From a virus, in IMG/VR virus record IMGVR_UViG_3300013383_000248: a stretch of DNA of 64,000 bases; one strand, written 5' to 3'. Under the pieces are notes generated by a model. The model had not been told where the DNA came from, ran no database searches, and saw only the letters and a list, made by a program, of their open reading frames with translations. A program made the translations under genes and the position numbers. Below, in pieces: positions 1 through 12,692 of the stretch (its first letter is position 1; every line of letters begins with the position of its first letter).

Positions 1-36
1 TTAAATCACTTCCTTTAATTTTCAAATATAATATAT

Positions 37-192
37 TTACTTTTTCTTGGAGTCTTTAGTGGGATTATAAGCTCCTTGCTGTTTAGGATTTTCACCCCAC
101 ATAATTTGATAAACTGCTCTAGTAGCACTATTAGTTGTTCTACGTTTAGCTTTAGAAGCCATGGCTCCAAAAATACCACGAGGTTTACGCAT
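37..192 (-). CDS. small basic protein (51 aa, MRKPRGIFGAMASKAKRRTTNSATRAVYQIMWGENPKQQGAYNPTKDSKKK)
   Basis: ATG preceded by AAAGGAGATAATATT on minus strand; TAA stop; consensus promoter upstream. Differs from the tracked ORF 15..230 (other frame, no RBS). Confidence 0.4.
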   Translation of the reverse strand: MRKPRGIFGAMASKAKRRTTNSATRAVYQIMWGENPKQQGAYNPTKDSKKK

Positions 193-221
193 AATATTAT
201 CTCCTTTATTTTTATATAATT

Positions 222-250
222 ATTATACAAAAAAATTTTATAATTGTCAA
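222..250 (-). promoter_or_regulatory. sigma70-like promoter (minus strand TTGACA-17-TATAAT)
   Basis: Minus strand reads TTGACA (250..245), a 17-nt spacer, then TATAAT (227..222), just upstream of the RBS/ATG of the small basic gene. Confidence 0.5.
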
Positions 251-304
251 TTTTACATTTTATATAATTTTTTTACCAAATCGCATAAAAATTTTTGGCC
301 ATGG

Positions 305-333
305 TTGACTTTACAAATTTTTTGTGTTATAAT
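305..333 (+). promoter_or_regulatory. sigma70-like promoter TTGACT-17-TATAAT, divergent from the previous one
   Basis: TTGACT at 305-310, 17-nt spacer, TATAAT at 328-333. GGAGG at 348-352 and a TTG start at 362 follow. Confidence 0.5.
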
Positions 334-361
334 TTTTTTAGAAGGATTGGAGGTATTAATC

Positions 362-1426
362 TTGATAAAATTAGATTATACTCTTGAAACTCCTGAAGAA
401 CGAAATGAATTAGTAAAAAAAATTTTAGAGGAAAATCCAAATCCTAATGAAAAGTATTTAGAAATCCTCGCAGATTATCTAATTCTATGTATGGAGAAAC
501 AAGAAAAAAAAGAAAAGAAAATATTAACTGATAATAGATTAATGACAGTTAATAAGCGTGAAACTTCTTTTGAGGGTCTTGTTTCCTAGTTAGAGAATGG
601 TGAAGATGGTATATATAATTTAATTAATAGTGATAAAAATATGATATTTTAGCCAAAAGTTACAATTACAAAAAAAGATTTAGAAGAAATTCCTAGCTTA
701 AAACAATTAAAAGATGCTATTACAACTTGGGAAGCAAAAATGAAAGTAGTGAGTGGCAAAGATGCTTTCACTATAAAAAGAGCCTTGATAGAAATGCGCA
801 AAGACCAATATGTTATTAAAAATGCTTATCGAAAGCCAATAGTGCCGGTTAAACTTACTCGGTCTAAATATAAAATTAGACTAGACGAAGATGTAAAAGT
901 ATTTGATGATGATGGATATCCAATTCCAGAAGGCGTCTCATTAATGAATCCTGAAATTTGCTCTTGCATCTTATGTAATTATTCACGATTAAAAGAAGAT
1001 AGTTGGGACCGTTTTGAAGATGATACTTGGTATCTTATCTATGATTTTGAAAACACTTGCGATGAAGCTTTGGCTGAGTATCCTATGTTAATGCGTATTG
1101 TAGAATGTAAAATTGATGGATTGCAAAATGTAGAAATCCAAAAAGTATTACAAGAAGAATTTAATATTACTCATAGCTTAGAATATATATCTAGTTTATT
1201 CCGTAATAAAATTCCAAAGCTTATTGCCGATAAAGCTGTTGATAAATATTTAGAGTGGTATTATACAACACAAGAAAAAGGTAAGTATAAAAAATGCAGT
1301 CGATGCGGGCAAATAAAGTTAGCCCATAACAAGTATTTCTCTTTAAATAAAACAAGTAAAGATGGATTTTATAGTATTTGTAAAAAATGTCGAAATAGTT
1401 CTCGTAAAGAAAAAATGAAATCCTAA
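362..1426 (+). CDS. hypothetical protein (~354 aa) with C-terminal Cys4 zinc ribbon (CSRCG...CKKC); possible late regulator
   Basis: TTG start 8 nt after GGAGG. Joins tracked ORFs 161..589 and 740..1426 (same frame) across in-frame TAGs. No TAA/TGA until 1424-1426. Confidence 0.5.
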
Positions 1427-1444
1427 TGAAAGGAGAAATATTTA

Positions 1445-2659
1445 TTGTCTAGCGAAGGTAAACAATATTATTGTGAAAAATGTAATAAAACTATGGATGG
1501 AACTTAGTTTTATACATCAAATAATTTAGATAAGTATCCTAACGATGGCAAATTACCCCAATGCAAAAAATGTATTACAATGCATGTGGATAATTGGAAA
1601 CCAGATACTTATTTATGGATATTGCAAGAATGTGACGTTCCCTACATCCCTGATTAGTGGAATTAGTTAATGGGTAAATTTGCTAAGGATAGAGCGAAAG
1701 TTACTGGAATGACAATTTTAGGTCGCTATCTCTCAGCAATGAAATTAAATCAATGGAAAGATTATAGATGGAAAGATAGTCAATTCTTACAAGATTTACA
1801 AAATAAAAAAATAGAAGAGACAATGAAGCAATAGGGCTATGATGTATAGGATATAGCTACTGCTATTCAACGTGCTTCATTTGCTTTACCGACAGAAGAA
1901 CTTAAAGAGCCACCGGCCCCTACTCCTCCCTCTCTAGATTTTGGGAATCAACAAGAAGATTATTTTAAAGATAAATTGGATTTTGATATACCTGACCTAG
2001 GGGCAGAATTGACTGACGAAGATAAACGATATTTATATTTAAAATGGGGTAAAGGCTATAGTCCAGATGAATGGGTTCGCTTAGAGCAACTGTTTAATGA
2101 AATGATGTAGTCTTATGATATTTAGTCAGCAGGCCATATTGATACATTAAAACTTGCTTGCAAGACATCATTAAAATCTAATCAATTATTAGACATAGGT
2201 GATGTAGACGGCGCTCAAAAGATGATTAAAATGTATGATTCTTTAATGAAGTCTGGCAAATTCACAGCTGCCCAAAATAAAGAAGAATCTGGTGATTTCG
2301 TTGATTCTGTTGGTGAATTAATAGAAATGTGTGAGAAACAAGGTTATATTGAAAGATATTATATTGATTCTCCAAATGATAAAGTAGATTTTACAATTAA
2401 AGATATGCAGAAATATACCCGTACTTTAATTGAACGAGAAACTAATCTTGGCAATATGATTGATTAGGCATTAAAACAAAACGCTAAAGAAGATGAAGAA
2501 GCCAAAGAAAACGTCGAAGATACAATTGTTGATGATGTTGATATGTCTATTGAAGATATCGAAAAAACTTTGGAAGATAAAGATATTGAAGACTTTAGTG
2601 AATTTTTAGATAACGAGACAGAGTTAGATATAGATGCTTTCTCTGATAGAGAAGATTAA
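1445..2659 (+). CDS. hypothetical protein (~404 aa), N-terminal CxxC...CxxC zinc ribbon, acidic C-terminus; positional candidate for terminase small subunit
   Basis: TTG start after AAAGGAGAAAT. Frame is continuous with tracked ORF 2222..2467 through multiple TAGs. Ends TAA at 2657-2659, overlapping the terL ATG. Confidence 0.45.
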
Positions 2660-4410
2660 TGGCATTACAAGATTTACTTGACTTATCTACTAGTCGGAAA
2701 AAGATAGGTCTTTCTGAAGAACGTATTAATGCTGTAATGCCTATTATTCGTAAATATACTGCCTTTTGGCGTGAATATCCAGATTTATTTGTAGATTTTT
2801 TAGTGCGAGGAACGCGTACAGAGCCAAAAGAGGGAGAATTTAGATTCTTCTTTTATTAGCGTGTGTTCCTACGATGTGTAATGCGTTATCAATATGTTTA
2901 CGCAGTTTTCCCTCGTGCTTATTCTAAATCATTCTTATCAGTTATGGCTTTAATGGTTAGATGTATTCTTTATCCTGGAGTTCACTTATTTGTTACTTCT
3001 GGTGGTAAGGAATAGGGTGCTAGTATTTTGCATGATAAAGTTAATGAACTTTGTGATTTAATACCTAGCTTCAGGCGTGAAATTGACTGGGGCCGTGGTA
3101 AGAGCCAAGAGAGTAAAGATAAAGTACGCTATGTATTTAAAAATGGCTCTGTTCTTGATAACTTAGCTGCTAGAGAAAGCACTCGTGGTCAGCGTCGTCA
3201 TGGTGGCTTGATGGAAGAATGTGTAGGTATTGATGATTAGATTTTGCGTGAAGTCATTATACCAGTTATGGCAATTCCTCGTAGAGCTAAAGATGGTACA
3301 ACCCATGAAGAAGAAGCAGTTAATAAATCTCAGATTTATATCACTACTGCTGGTTATAAGAATACTTATCCTTATGATAGACTAATTGGTTTATTGGTTC
3401 GTATGATTACTTAGCCTGATAGATGTATGGTATTAGGCGGGACTTGGCGAACTCCTGTAGCTGTTGGCTTACAATAGAAAACATTCATTACTGACCAAAA
3501 GAATGAAGGAACTTATAATGAAGCTTCTTTTGAGCGTGAATATGAATCTATTTGGTCTGGTACTGTTGAAGATGCGTTCTTTAATGCGGAAATATTTAAT
3601 AGAAATAGAATATTGAATTAGCCTGAATATGAGGCTTCTGGCCGTTCAAGTAAATTATCTTATTATATATTAAGTGTTGACGTAGGCCGTAAAGGATGCG
3701 ATACTGTTGTTTGTGTATTTAAAGTAACGCCGTAGCCGCATGGTGAACCAATTAAGAGTTTAGTTAATATTTATACTATGAATGATACTCATTTTGAAGA
3801 TTAGGCTATTAAGCTTAAAAAATTATATTATAAATATAAAGCTCGTAGAATTGTAATAGATGCTAATGGTTTGGGCGTTGGCTTAGTAGATTTTATGGTT
3901 AAGCCTTAGATCAATCCTGAAACTTCTGAAGTAATTCCTGATTTTGGAGTTTATGGTGGAACTTAGGATGATGCGGTTTAGGAATATAAAAAATATAAAA
4001 CCAATAGTACAGAATTAGACGTTTTATATTTGATGAAAGCTAATGCACCAATTAATACAGAAGCACACAGTATTACTTAGTCAGTATTAAATTCTGGCAA
4101 GATTAAATTTTTAATTGATGAACGAACTGCTAAATAGAAATTATTAACTACTAAAGTAGGTTAGAATATGACTACTGAAGCTCGTTCTGATTATTTAAGA
4201 CCTTTTAGTTTAACCACTTCATTGCGTGAAGAGATTATGAATTTGCGTGAAGAGAATGAAGGTTTAAATATTATTTTAAAACAAGCTAATAAAAGTATTA
4301 AAAAAGATAAATTCTCTGCATTAGAATATGGTTTATATTATATAAAAAAAGTAGAAGAAGATAAAAAGAAGAAAAAATTCCGGGCTGCTGATTGGATGTT
4401 TATGAATTAA
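2659..4410 (+). CDS. terL: terminase large subunit (~583 aa)
   Basis: Tracked ORFs 2659..2859, 3028..3240 and 4168..4410 are in one frame. Hand translation through ~12 in-frame TAGs is continuous, with an ATPase region (YAVFPRAYSKSF, RRHGGLMEECVGIDD) and an RNaseH-like nuclease region (ILSVDVGRKGCDTVVCVF, IVIDANGLGVGLVD). Confidence 0.85.
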
Positions 4411-4419
4411 GCCGGGCAA

Positions 4420-4463
4420 CTCTTATTATTCTTTTAAATTAATTTTTAAAAGAATAATAAGAG
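4420..4463. repeat. 44-bp perfect palindrome (19-bp arms, 6-nt loop TTAATT); possible terminator or protein-binding site
   Basis: CTCTTATTATTCTTTTAAA-TTAATT-TTTAAAAGAATAATAAGAG read directly. Lies between terL and the nuclease-like gene. Confidence 0.6.
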
Positions 4464-4499
4464 GAATTTATTTGTAGATAAAGAAAGGAGACTTAATAT

Positions 4500-4856
4500 A
4501 TGGATGCCAGTCGTGCGGAAATTAAGATTAGAGAAATCTTAGAAGAAGCCGGCCTGAATTTTAAAATGGAATATATTTTCCCAGATTTAAAAACACATAA
4601 TGGTCGTCCTTTGCGTTTTGATTTTGTTATATTTGATGATGATAATAATATTGATTTTTTAATTGAATATCAAGGTAAACAACATTATGAAGCCAGTAAT
4701 AAATTTGGTGGTAAACGTGGTTTATACCAGTAGCAATATAATGATAATCAAAAACGTAGATTCTGTGCTTTACACGATTTACATTTAATAGAAATTCCTT
4801 ATACAGAAGAAAATTTAATTTCTTACGATTATATAATGCGAAAGGCTGGATATTAA
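4500..4856 (+). CDS. PD-(D/E)XK (restriction-endonuclease-fold) nuclease-like protein, ~118 aa; candidate homing endonuclease
   Basis: D..D...EYQGKQHY motif block (FDFVIFDDDNNIDFLIEYQGKQHY). One in-frame TAG. Position between terminase and portal is a typical homing-endonuclease insertion spot. Confidence 0.5.
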
Positions 4857-4873
4857 TTGAAAGAAGGTGAAGT

Positions 4874-6568
4874 ATGGAATTAGAAAAAGAAGAATTAACC
4901 AGAAATGAATAGATACATAAAAAAGGTTTTGATATAACTGGAGGAACACGAGAGTATTCTGCGGTTGGTCCTAGTGAATATAAAAAGATTAAAGTTGGCG
5001 TTAAGACATTAGATGATGCAGTTTTAAATCTTGGTTCATTCAGATGGGATACATATGGTCGTCGTAATGAAAAATATAGCCGTGAGCGCATTTATACTAA
5101 ACCTATGGTTATGGATGCTTTGATTCGTAATGATATTCCAGAGCTGCGAAGAATATCACGCTTCTTTTTTAGAGTAAGTGGTATTTATCAAAGAGTATGT
5201 AATTACTTTGCAAATATGTATCGTTATGATTGGGCTATTGCTATTTAGTCTAATAATACTGATGGCTCAACCGTCAAAGATATTAATGAGACAAAGGCAG
5301 TAAAAGATTTCTGGCGAATTTTAAATTATTTAGATAATTCTTATATTAAGAAGATTTGCGGCGATATGGCTCTTGAAGTTATTAAATGTGGAGCTTATTA
5401 CGCTTATATCGTTCCATCTAGCACTGGATTAGTTTTATAGCAACTTCCTATTGACTATTGCCGTTCTAGATATTCAGTAGGTAATTTGCCTGCTATTGAA
5501 TTTGATATGAGATATTTTGATACTTTTGTAGATACTAATTATCGTAATAGAGTATTAAAATTATTCCCTGATGAATTTACAGTAGGTTATCGTCTTTATA
5601 GGGCCGGTAAACTTTTGCCTGATGTAGCTGGTGATAATAGCGGTAGCTGGTATTTATTAGACCCGCAGAGTACTATTAAATTTGCTTTAAACGGCACTAA
5701 TGATATTCCATTATTTGTAAATGCTATTCCAGCGATTTTAGATTTGGATGCCGCACAAGATTTAGACCGTCGCAAGCAAATGCAAAAATTATTAAAGATT
5801 TTAGTTTAGAAATTACCGCTTGACAAAAATGGTGATTTAATCTTTGATATTGATGAAGCTCGCGATATACATAATAATGCTGTTGAAATGCTTCGTAGAG
5901 CAGTGGGTGTTGATGTATTAACTACTTTTGCAGATGTAGAAGCAATTGATACATCTGATAAGAACACTTCTACAACCACTGATGAATTAGAGCGTGTTGA
6001 GCGAACTGTGTATAATGCTTTTGGTGTTTCACGCAATTTGTTTAATACGGATGGTAATATTGCATTAGAAAAATCTATTTTAGATGATGAATCTACTATG
6101 CGTAATTTAATTTTGCAATTCAACATATTTTTTGATAGAATATTATCAGTCCTAAATGTTTAGAAAAAATATAATTATAAGTTCTATATGTTAGAAACTA
6201 CACAATATAATTATAAAGATTTGTCTAAGATGTATAAAGAGCAAACTTAGATTGGTTTCTCTAAAATGCTACCTTAGATTGCTCTTGGACAATCACAGAG
6301 TTTTATTCTTAATACAGCTCATTTTGAAAATGAAGTTCTACATTTAAGTGAAGTTATGATACCGCCTCTTATGAGTTCTACTCTGAACGGTGAAGATATT
6401 TTGGGTAAAAAAGATTAGAATAGTTCTAGCACTTCTCAAAATAAAACAAGTGGAAATTCTACCACTACTACTGTGAAAACGGAAACTAAAGAGAGCGGCC
6501 GGCCAGAAAAAGCTAACGACGAAAAGAGCGAAAAAACAATTGCTAATCGTCAAGCGGCTGGTAAATAA
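4874..6568 (+). CDS. portal protein (~564 aa)
   Basis: Continuous frame through tracked ORFs 5486..5809 and 5888..6163 and many TAGs. Size, gene order after terL and acidic/Ser-Thr-rich C-terminus fit a portal. Confidence 0.75.
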
Positions 6569-6580
6569 GGAGGATTTATA

Positions 6581-8143
6581 GTGAGACATACAAGTGTTAA
6601 GTTAGATACTCCTGTTGAGTTTATTAATATCACTAAAATCAATCCTTTAATTTCTAAATGTTAGATTAAAGTTTGTTATGTTGGTGATAAACCAAATCGC
6701 AATAGAAGTGTTATAACAAAAGAAGTTGCTAAAGATTTAGCGTAGAGTTTGCCGGGTAGTCCTATTGTTGGCTACTTTAATGAAGCCAATGGGGATTATG
6801 AAGAACATAATCGTGTAATTGATATTTCTAATGGCAAATTTGATATAAAAGATACTACTGTTCCTTACGGTTTTGTAGATTTAGGAGCGAAAGTATGGTT
6901 TTAGAAATTTTTAGATGATGGAAAAAACGAGCATGAATATTTAATGACTGAAGGCTATATCTGGACAGATATTTATCCAGAAAGCAAACGTATTATTGAA
7001 AAAGGTAATAATCAATCTATGGAATTAGATGATGAAAAAATTAATGCGTATTGGTCGAAAGATAAGAATGGAATGCCCGAATTTTTTATTATAAATGAAG
7101 CGATAATTAAGAAACTTTGTATTCTTGGAGAAGATTGTGAACCTTGCTTTGAAGGAGCTAATATTACTGCACCTACAATGCATTTCTCATTTAGTGATAA
7201 ATTTAATGAGCAATTATTCTCTATGATGAAAGATTTAAAAGAATTATTAGAAGGTAAAGGAGGAACAAAAGTGTTCACAAGATACAATGTGGAGATTGGT
7301 GATTCCATTTGGACTTCTCTTTATTCTTACATTAAGGGCTTCGGTGCTGGTAATGCAGTGATTGAAGAAGTTTGCGAAGACAATGGTAATTTATTTGCTG
7401 TTGTTAAGGAAGATGACAAGTTCGTTCGTTTAGATTTTTCTATGGAAAATGATACTTTCACTCCTGGCGAAGTTTCTGAATTAACTGATTATTCTGTTTC
7501 TGAGAACCCTCAATTCGATTCTGAAAAAGTCGCAGAATTTGCGAAAAAAAAGGACGAAAAAGATAAAGACAATAAAGAGAATAATGATAATAATAAGGAA
7601 GATTCTTCTGACGATAAATCAAAAGATGACGAAAAGAAGGATACTTCTGAAGATAAACCTGCTGATACTTCTGACAAAGAAGAGAAGCCAGCTAAGGATG
7701 ATGAAGAAGAAAAGAAGAAAAAGAAAGCTAAGTATTCTTTAGAAGACGTAGTTGAATATGGTTTATTAAAAGATGAGTATGCAGCTCTTGAAACTAAGTA
7801 TAATGAATTAGTTGAAAAGCAATCGCAACTTGAACAAGAACTTGCTTCTTTAACCCAGTTTAAGACTGAGGCTGAAAGAGAAAAGAAGCAAGAGATGATT
7901 AATAGTTTCTATATGTTATCTGATGATGATAAGAAAGATGTTGTTGCCAATATTGATACTTATTCATTAGATGATATTGAAGCAAAGCTTTCTATTATTT
8001 GTGTTCGCAATAAGGTCAATTTCGATACTAATGTAAATAAAGAAAATGACCCACTTACATATAATATTAATAATGATGTAAATGAAGATAGCATTCCTGC
8101 TTGGATTAAGGCAGTATAGGATGTTGCGAAAACTATGGAATAA
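6581..8143 (+). CDS. scaffold-like protein (~520 aa), possibly a prohead protease-scaffold fusion; acidic/Lys low-complexity plus coiled coil
   Basis: GTG start after AAGGAGG. Contains tracked ORF 6944..8119. The KDEK/acidic stretch 7540-7740 and a coiled-coil segment are typical of scaffolding proteins. Confidence 0.5.
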
Positions 8144-8167
8144 TAAATTTTTAAGGAGGAAAACCTA

Positions 8168-8944
8168 ATGCTTTTAAAAGATATGCTTAAAGACCTAAGC
8201 GGCGTATCTGCTGTTAAGGGCGGTTACGTTGAATATGGCTATGGTCAGGTTGAGCCTAATCATTTAAGTGCTCAGCGCACTGGTCAGATTTATGCTCAGT
8301 TACCTGCTAATAAAAATATCCAGCTTCTTGAAAATGGCCAGTTTGTTAAGTATGACTATGCTGCTGGTGAGCTTGGTGAAGTTGATTTCACTGGCAAGGG
8401 CGAATGGATGTTAGTTTATAATGAGATTAAACTTTATCGTGAGGAACAGGCCGATTGCGAATTTGCTATGCGCAAGGACGATTATTAGGCTCGTTACTAC
8501 AGCCCATATGATGGCAAGCAGGAGATTGGCACGCGTCAGGCTCGTTACCTAAACGGCAAGGATGCTGCTGGTAATACTTCTATAACTATTAAGGATAGCC
8601 AGGGTGTAGAACATACTTATGAATATGATGATGTTACTGCTGGTCCTGATATCCGTGAACTCTTCTATGAAGAAGATCCTTTACATTTCGATGGTCCTTA
8701 TGAGGCCCGCAGAATGCCTGCTGGCACTAATATGGTTCCTCGTGTTTTAAAGACCAATGTTGGTGATATTTTTACGACTAATACTATTGCTGAAGCTACT
8801 CTTGTAGTTGGCGATATTTTAAGCCCTCGTGCTACTGACGGTATGCTTTCTAAGTCTGGTGATGGCTCTATCCAGTGGTAGGTTGTTAAGGTTTATGAAA
8901 TGCCTGACCATCAGAAGGGCGTTAAGATTATGCGAATCGCGTAA
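8168..8944 (+). CDS. head structural protein (~258 aa; decoration or minor capsid)
   Basis: AAGGAGG RBS. Higher GC and only 2 TAGs, suggesting a highly expressed gene. Immediately upstream of the putative major capsid gene. Confidence 0.4.
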
Positions 8945-8961
8945 GAAAGGAGAGAAGAAAA

Positions 8962-10098
8962 ATGTTAGATAGAAAAAATCTTGTTCAATTAATGAAGACT
9001 GTCGCTAAGGCTGATCCTTCTACTCCTACTGCTTACAGCTTTAATGGCGAAAGCCTTTCTTATGATGCTCTTAATGAAACTCTCCGCAGAGAATTAAATG
9101 AACTTGCTGGAACTTATTCTCTATATCGTGATAATAAGAACCTTATTTTCTCAATGATTGAGGAAACTATTGATGAAGTTCTTCCTAAGAAAGTTGAAGA
9201 GCAATATAATCAGTTTGCTGAAGTTAAGACTTTCAAGCAGGGTGACAAGCCCATCTTCCGCAGAAAGTTCAGCAATAATACTCGTGCAAAGCAATTCATT
9301 ACCCGTGTCGGCCTAGCTGGTATCTATGAAGTATTCAAGCTTGGTAAGACCGAAGAAAGCTTTGAAGTCCGTACAAGTGCTATCGGCGGAGCTGCTCAAA
9401 TTGGCTTTGAAGAGTTCCTTGATGGCCGTGTCGATTTTGGTACTGTCACCCAGATCGTTATGGAAGGTATGGACGAGCTTATCTATAAAGAGATTGCTGG
9501 TGCATTAAAGGCCTCTATTAACCAGTTACCTCCTGCTAATCGTGTTGTTGGTAATGGTTTTGATGAACCCGCGTTTGATAAGTTACTTATGATTGCTTCT
9601 GCTTATGGTACTCCTACTATTTATTGCACATATGAATTTGCTGTTCGTATGATTCCGAAGGATGCTTGGCGTTATACTGAAGCTATGAAGAATGAGCTTT
9701 GGAACACTGGCCGTCTTGCTTCTTATAAGGGTTATAAAGTTGTTATCCTTGAGCAGGGATTCGAAGATGCTACCAATGAAAAGAAGGTCATTGACCCAGG
9801 TTATGCTTGGATTATTCCTACTGGTGCTGATAGTAAGCCTGTAAAGGTTGCTATGGAAGGCAATACCATTGTTGATGAATATACTAATTATGACCGCAGC
9901 CGTGAAATTTAGGTTTATAAGAAGGTTGGCGTTATTGCTATGTTAGCTAATAACATCTGCTGCTACTGTGATACCGAACTTCTTGGCGATATGAAGACTT
10001 GGCATCTTGATGGTGTAACTGGTAAGGTCCGTGATTATGCTGGCCAGATTACTGGTTCTCACGACACTATTGATGGCGGAAATGAAGATACTCCGTAA
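8962..10098 (+). CDS. putative major capsid protein (~378 aa)
   Basis: GAAAGGAGAG RBS. A single in-frame TAG, high GC, followed by a strong terminator. Size and position fit an HK97-fold major capsid protein. Confidence 0.55.
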
Positions 10099-10134
10099 TT
10101 GATATTAACTAAAAATTAATATATAATATTTTTA

Positions 10135-10175
10135 GGGGAGAATGGGGAAATCCCCTTCTCCCCTATTTTGTTTTA
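10135..10175 (+). terminator. rho-independent terminator (GC hairpin AGGGGAGAA..TTCTCCCCT + T-tract)
   Basis: Nested GGGG/CCCC hairpin followed by ATTTTGTTTT, read directly. Confidence 0.75.
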
Positions 10176-10196
10176 TGAGTAAAAGGAGAATAAAAA

Positions 10197-10763
10197 ATGA
10201 ATAAAAAGATTTTGTTAGTTACTAACAGAAGTGCTGGGATGGTTGTTTATAATATTCCAGAAGAGGGCATCCGTAGAGAATTTATGCCTGGTGAAACTAA
10301 GAAGATTCCTTTTGAAGAGTTAGAGAAGCTTGCCTATCTTAGCGGTGGCCGCACTTTAATGGAAAATTTCTTAAAAATTGTAGATACTGAAACTACACAA
10401 GAGTTAGGTATTCATACAGAACCCGAATATTATTTAGATGATGCTGGAGTTATTAAGCTTCTTACTGAAGGAACGCTTGATGAGTTCCTTGATTGTCTCG
10501 ATTTCGCTCCTATTGGAGTTATTGATATGATTAAGAGCTATGCTGTCTCTCTTCCTATGAGCGATTATAATAAGCGTAAGGCTCTTAAAGATAAGACTGG
10601 ATTTGACCTTGATAGAGCATTAGCTAATAAGGAAGCTGAAGCTGCTGAGGATGAGCAGATTACTCCAAAGGCACCTGAACGTAGAGTAAAGACTGAAACT
10701 AAGTCTACAATGCCTCCTGGCCGCAGAACTGCTCCTCGTTATAATGTTGTAAAAGAAGGTTAA
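10197..10763 (+). CDS. hypothetical structural protein (188 aa), no TAG codons
   Basis: Tracked intact ORF; RBS AAAGGAGAATAAAAA. Confidence 0.6.
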   Translation: MNKKILLVTNRSAGMVVYNIPEEGIRREFMPGETKKIPFEELEKLAYLSGGRTLMENFLKIVDTETTQELGIHTEPEYYLDDAGVIKLLTEGTLDEFLDCLDFAPIGVIDMIKSYAVSLPMSDYNKRKALKDKTGFDLDRALANKEAEAAEDEQITPKAPERRVKTETKSTMPPGRRTAPRYNVVKEG

Positions 10764-10785
10764 TTATAAATAAGGAGGGTTTTAT

Positions 10786-11397
10786 ATGACATATTTTTAT
10801 AAAGTTTATGAACGCTTTTTAGGTAAAGTAACAGATGATATGTATTTAGAACTTACTCCTCGTGATACATTTTTAGATTTACGCCAATTACTTGTTGATA
10901 GTATTCCTGGATTTGAATTTCCACGTAAACGATTAGACTATGTTTTAGTTGATGAAGATGCTCCTGATTTTATAAAAGGAGAGATTGATGGCGGAGATAT
11001 TGACATTCCACTGGGCGGAGATTTATCTGAAGAAGTAACTGGTAGTAATATTGATATAGATAATGCTTTTTAGGAGATATTTTCTGAGGAAAATACCTCC
11101 TATTTTAATGCCGATTTAGATGATGAAGAAATAAATATCTTAGCTTTGATTATGGTTGAAGCCTGGGTAGAGCGTCAATTGGCATCTATTGAAGTAACTA
11201 GAATGAAGTATTCTGGTACAGATTTTAAATTTACTTCATAGGCAAACCATATGTCAAAATTGTTATCATTGAGAACAGAAGTAAGACGTTAGGCATTTCA
11301 TATGCAAAGATTATATAAGCGTCGTAAAACTGATGATAATGGATATATTAAATCCAATTGGTCTATCTTAAGGGAGGTAAGCGCCCTTGATGACTAA
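10786..11397 (+). CDS. hypothetical head-tail joining protein (~203 aa)
   Basis: AAGGAGGG RBS. Continues tracked ORF 10786..11073 through 3 TAGs to a TAA. Confidence 0.45.
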
Positions 11398-11683
11398 ATA
11401 TAATTTTAATATTGATAATAGTTTAATTAATACCAATATTAATAGATTAACTAACTAGATATGGAAATTAATTCCTATGAAAGAAAATGAAGAAGATTGG
11501 TTATCTTAGTTAAATACTGTAATTATTGAATTAACTGGTCTTGGAGAAATTTTTAATGATAGTTAGTATTTAATTCTTTTAAGTAAATTAGAAGGATTAA
11601 AAGGTACTGAAATGGAATTTCCTATTTATAGAAAGACGGTGTTTGAAGCTATCACTCTATTAAGGGGGCTTCACATTGAATAA
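11390..11683 (+). CDS. hypothetical protein (~97 aa)
   Basis: ATG overlaps the upstream stop; GGGAGG upstream; 2 in-frame TAGs. Confidence 0.4.
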
Positions 11684-12671
11684 GAATGAATATTTAGATG
11701 CGATGTATAATCGTATTCCAAAAGCTAATATGCTTACAAGATATTTATACGGCGGTGGAGTAACAGGTCAATAGGATAGAATGATAAGAGATAAACGTAA
11801 AAGTTTAAGTAGAGCTTTACTTTATTCTTATTAGGCGGCACAAGTTAAAAAATTATATGATAATAACGATAATATTGAACGTCGTGCATTAATTAATCCT
11901 GATAAACTTAAATAGGATTATGATGAAAAAATTATTTCCATTGGATTTGAAAGTAATTTTAAGACTGGCGATATTTTTCAATGGCTCGGTACTAATACTT
12001 ATTGGTTAATTTATTTATAGGATTTAACTGAATTAGCTTATTTCCGCGGCAATATAAGACGTTGTTCTTATGAAATTGCTTGGGAAGATGAAGATAAGAA
12101 TTACCATAAAACTTATGTGGCCTTACGTGGTCCCGTTGAAACTAAAATAAATTATATTCAAAAACATGAAATCAGTATAGACACTCCTAACCATTCTTTA
12201 AATATATTGTTACCTTATAATGATGATAATGTAAAATTATGTTAGCGTTATAATAAATTTTATTTATAGAATGACCCTAATAAAACGTGCTGGCGTATTG
12301 AAGCTACTGACTTATATTCTACTCCTGGAATAATTGAGATTAATGCAGTTGAATATTATTCTAATGAAACTGCTGACGATGTTGATAATGGTATTGTTGG
12401 CGGTTTAATAGAGCCAATTCAAGACCCTAATGAAGGTAAAGAAAATGGTATAATTGGAGATACCTTTATTAAACCAAAAATAGCGTATGAGTATAAATAT
12501 GATGGAATTAAATCTGGCAAATGGACTTGGGATAAAAAATTACCATTAACAGTTAAAGTTGATGAAGAATCAAAAACTTTAAAACTACGATGGGAAACTA
12601 CTTATTGCGGATAGTTTGATTTATTCTATGGGCCAGAATGTAAAACCATTGTAGTAGAATCTTTATTTTAA
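11676..12671 (+). CDS. hypothetical structural protein (~330 aa)
   Basis: Possible TTG start at 11676 or ATG at 11703 after AGGGGGC. Open through ~8 TAGs to a TAA at 12669. Confidence 0.5.
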
Positions 12672-12692
12672 AGATGAAGGAGAAACCGGAGA

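Noticed and set aside
161-361. N-terminal 67 codons of tracked ORF 161..589
   Set aside because: They lie upstream of and overlap the divergent promoter pair. A TTG at 362 with a GGAGG 8 nt upstream is the plausible start.
7539-7742. Tracked +2-frame ORF (Lys/Arg-rich, 67 aa) inside the scaffold gene
   Set aside because: Alternative-frame artefact of the GAA/AAG/GAT low-complexity region; the sense frame encodes the acidic/Lys scaffold segment.
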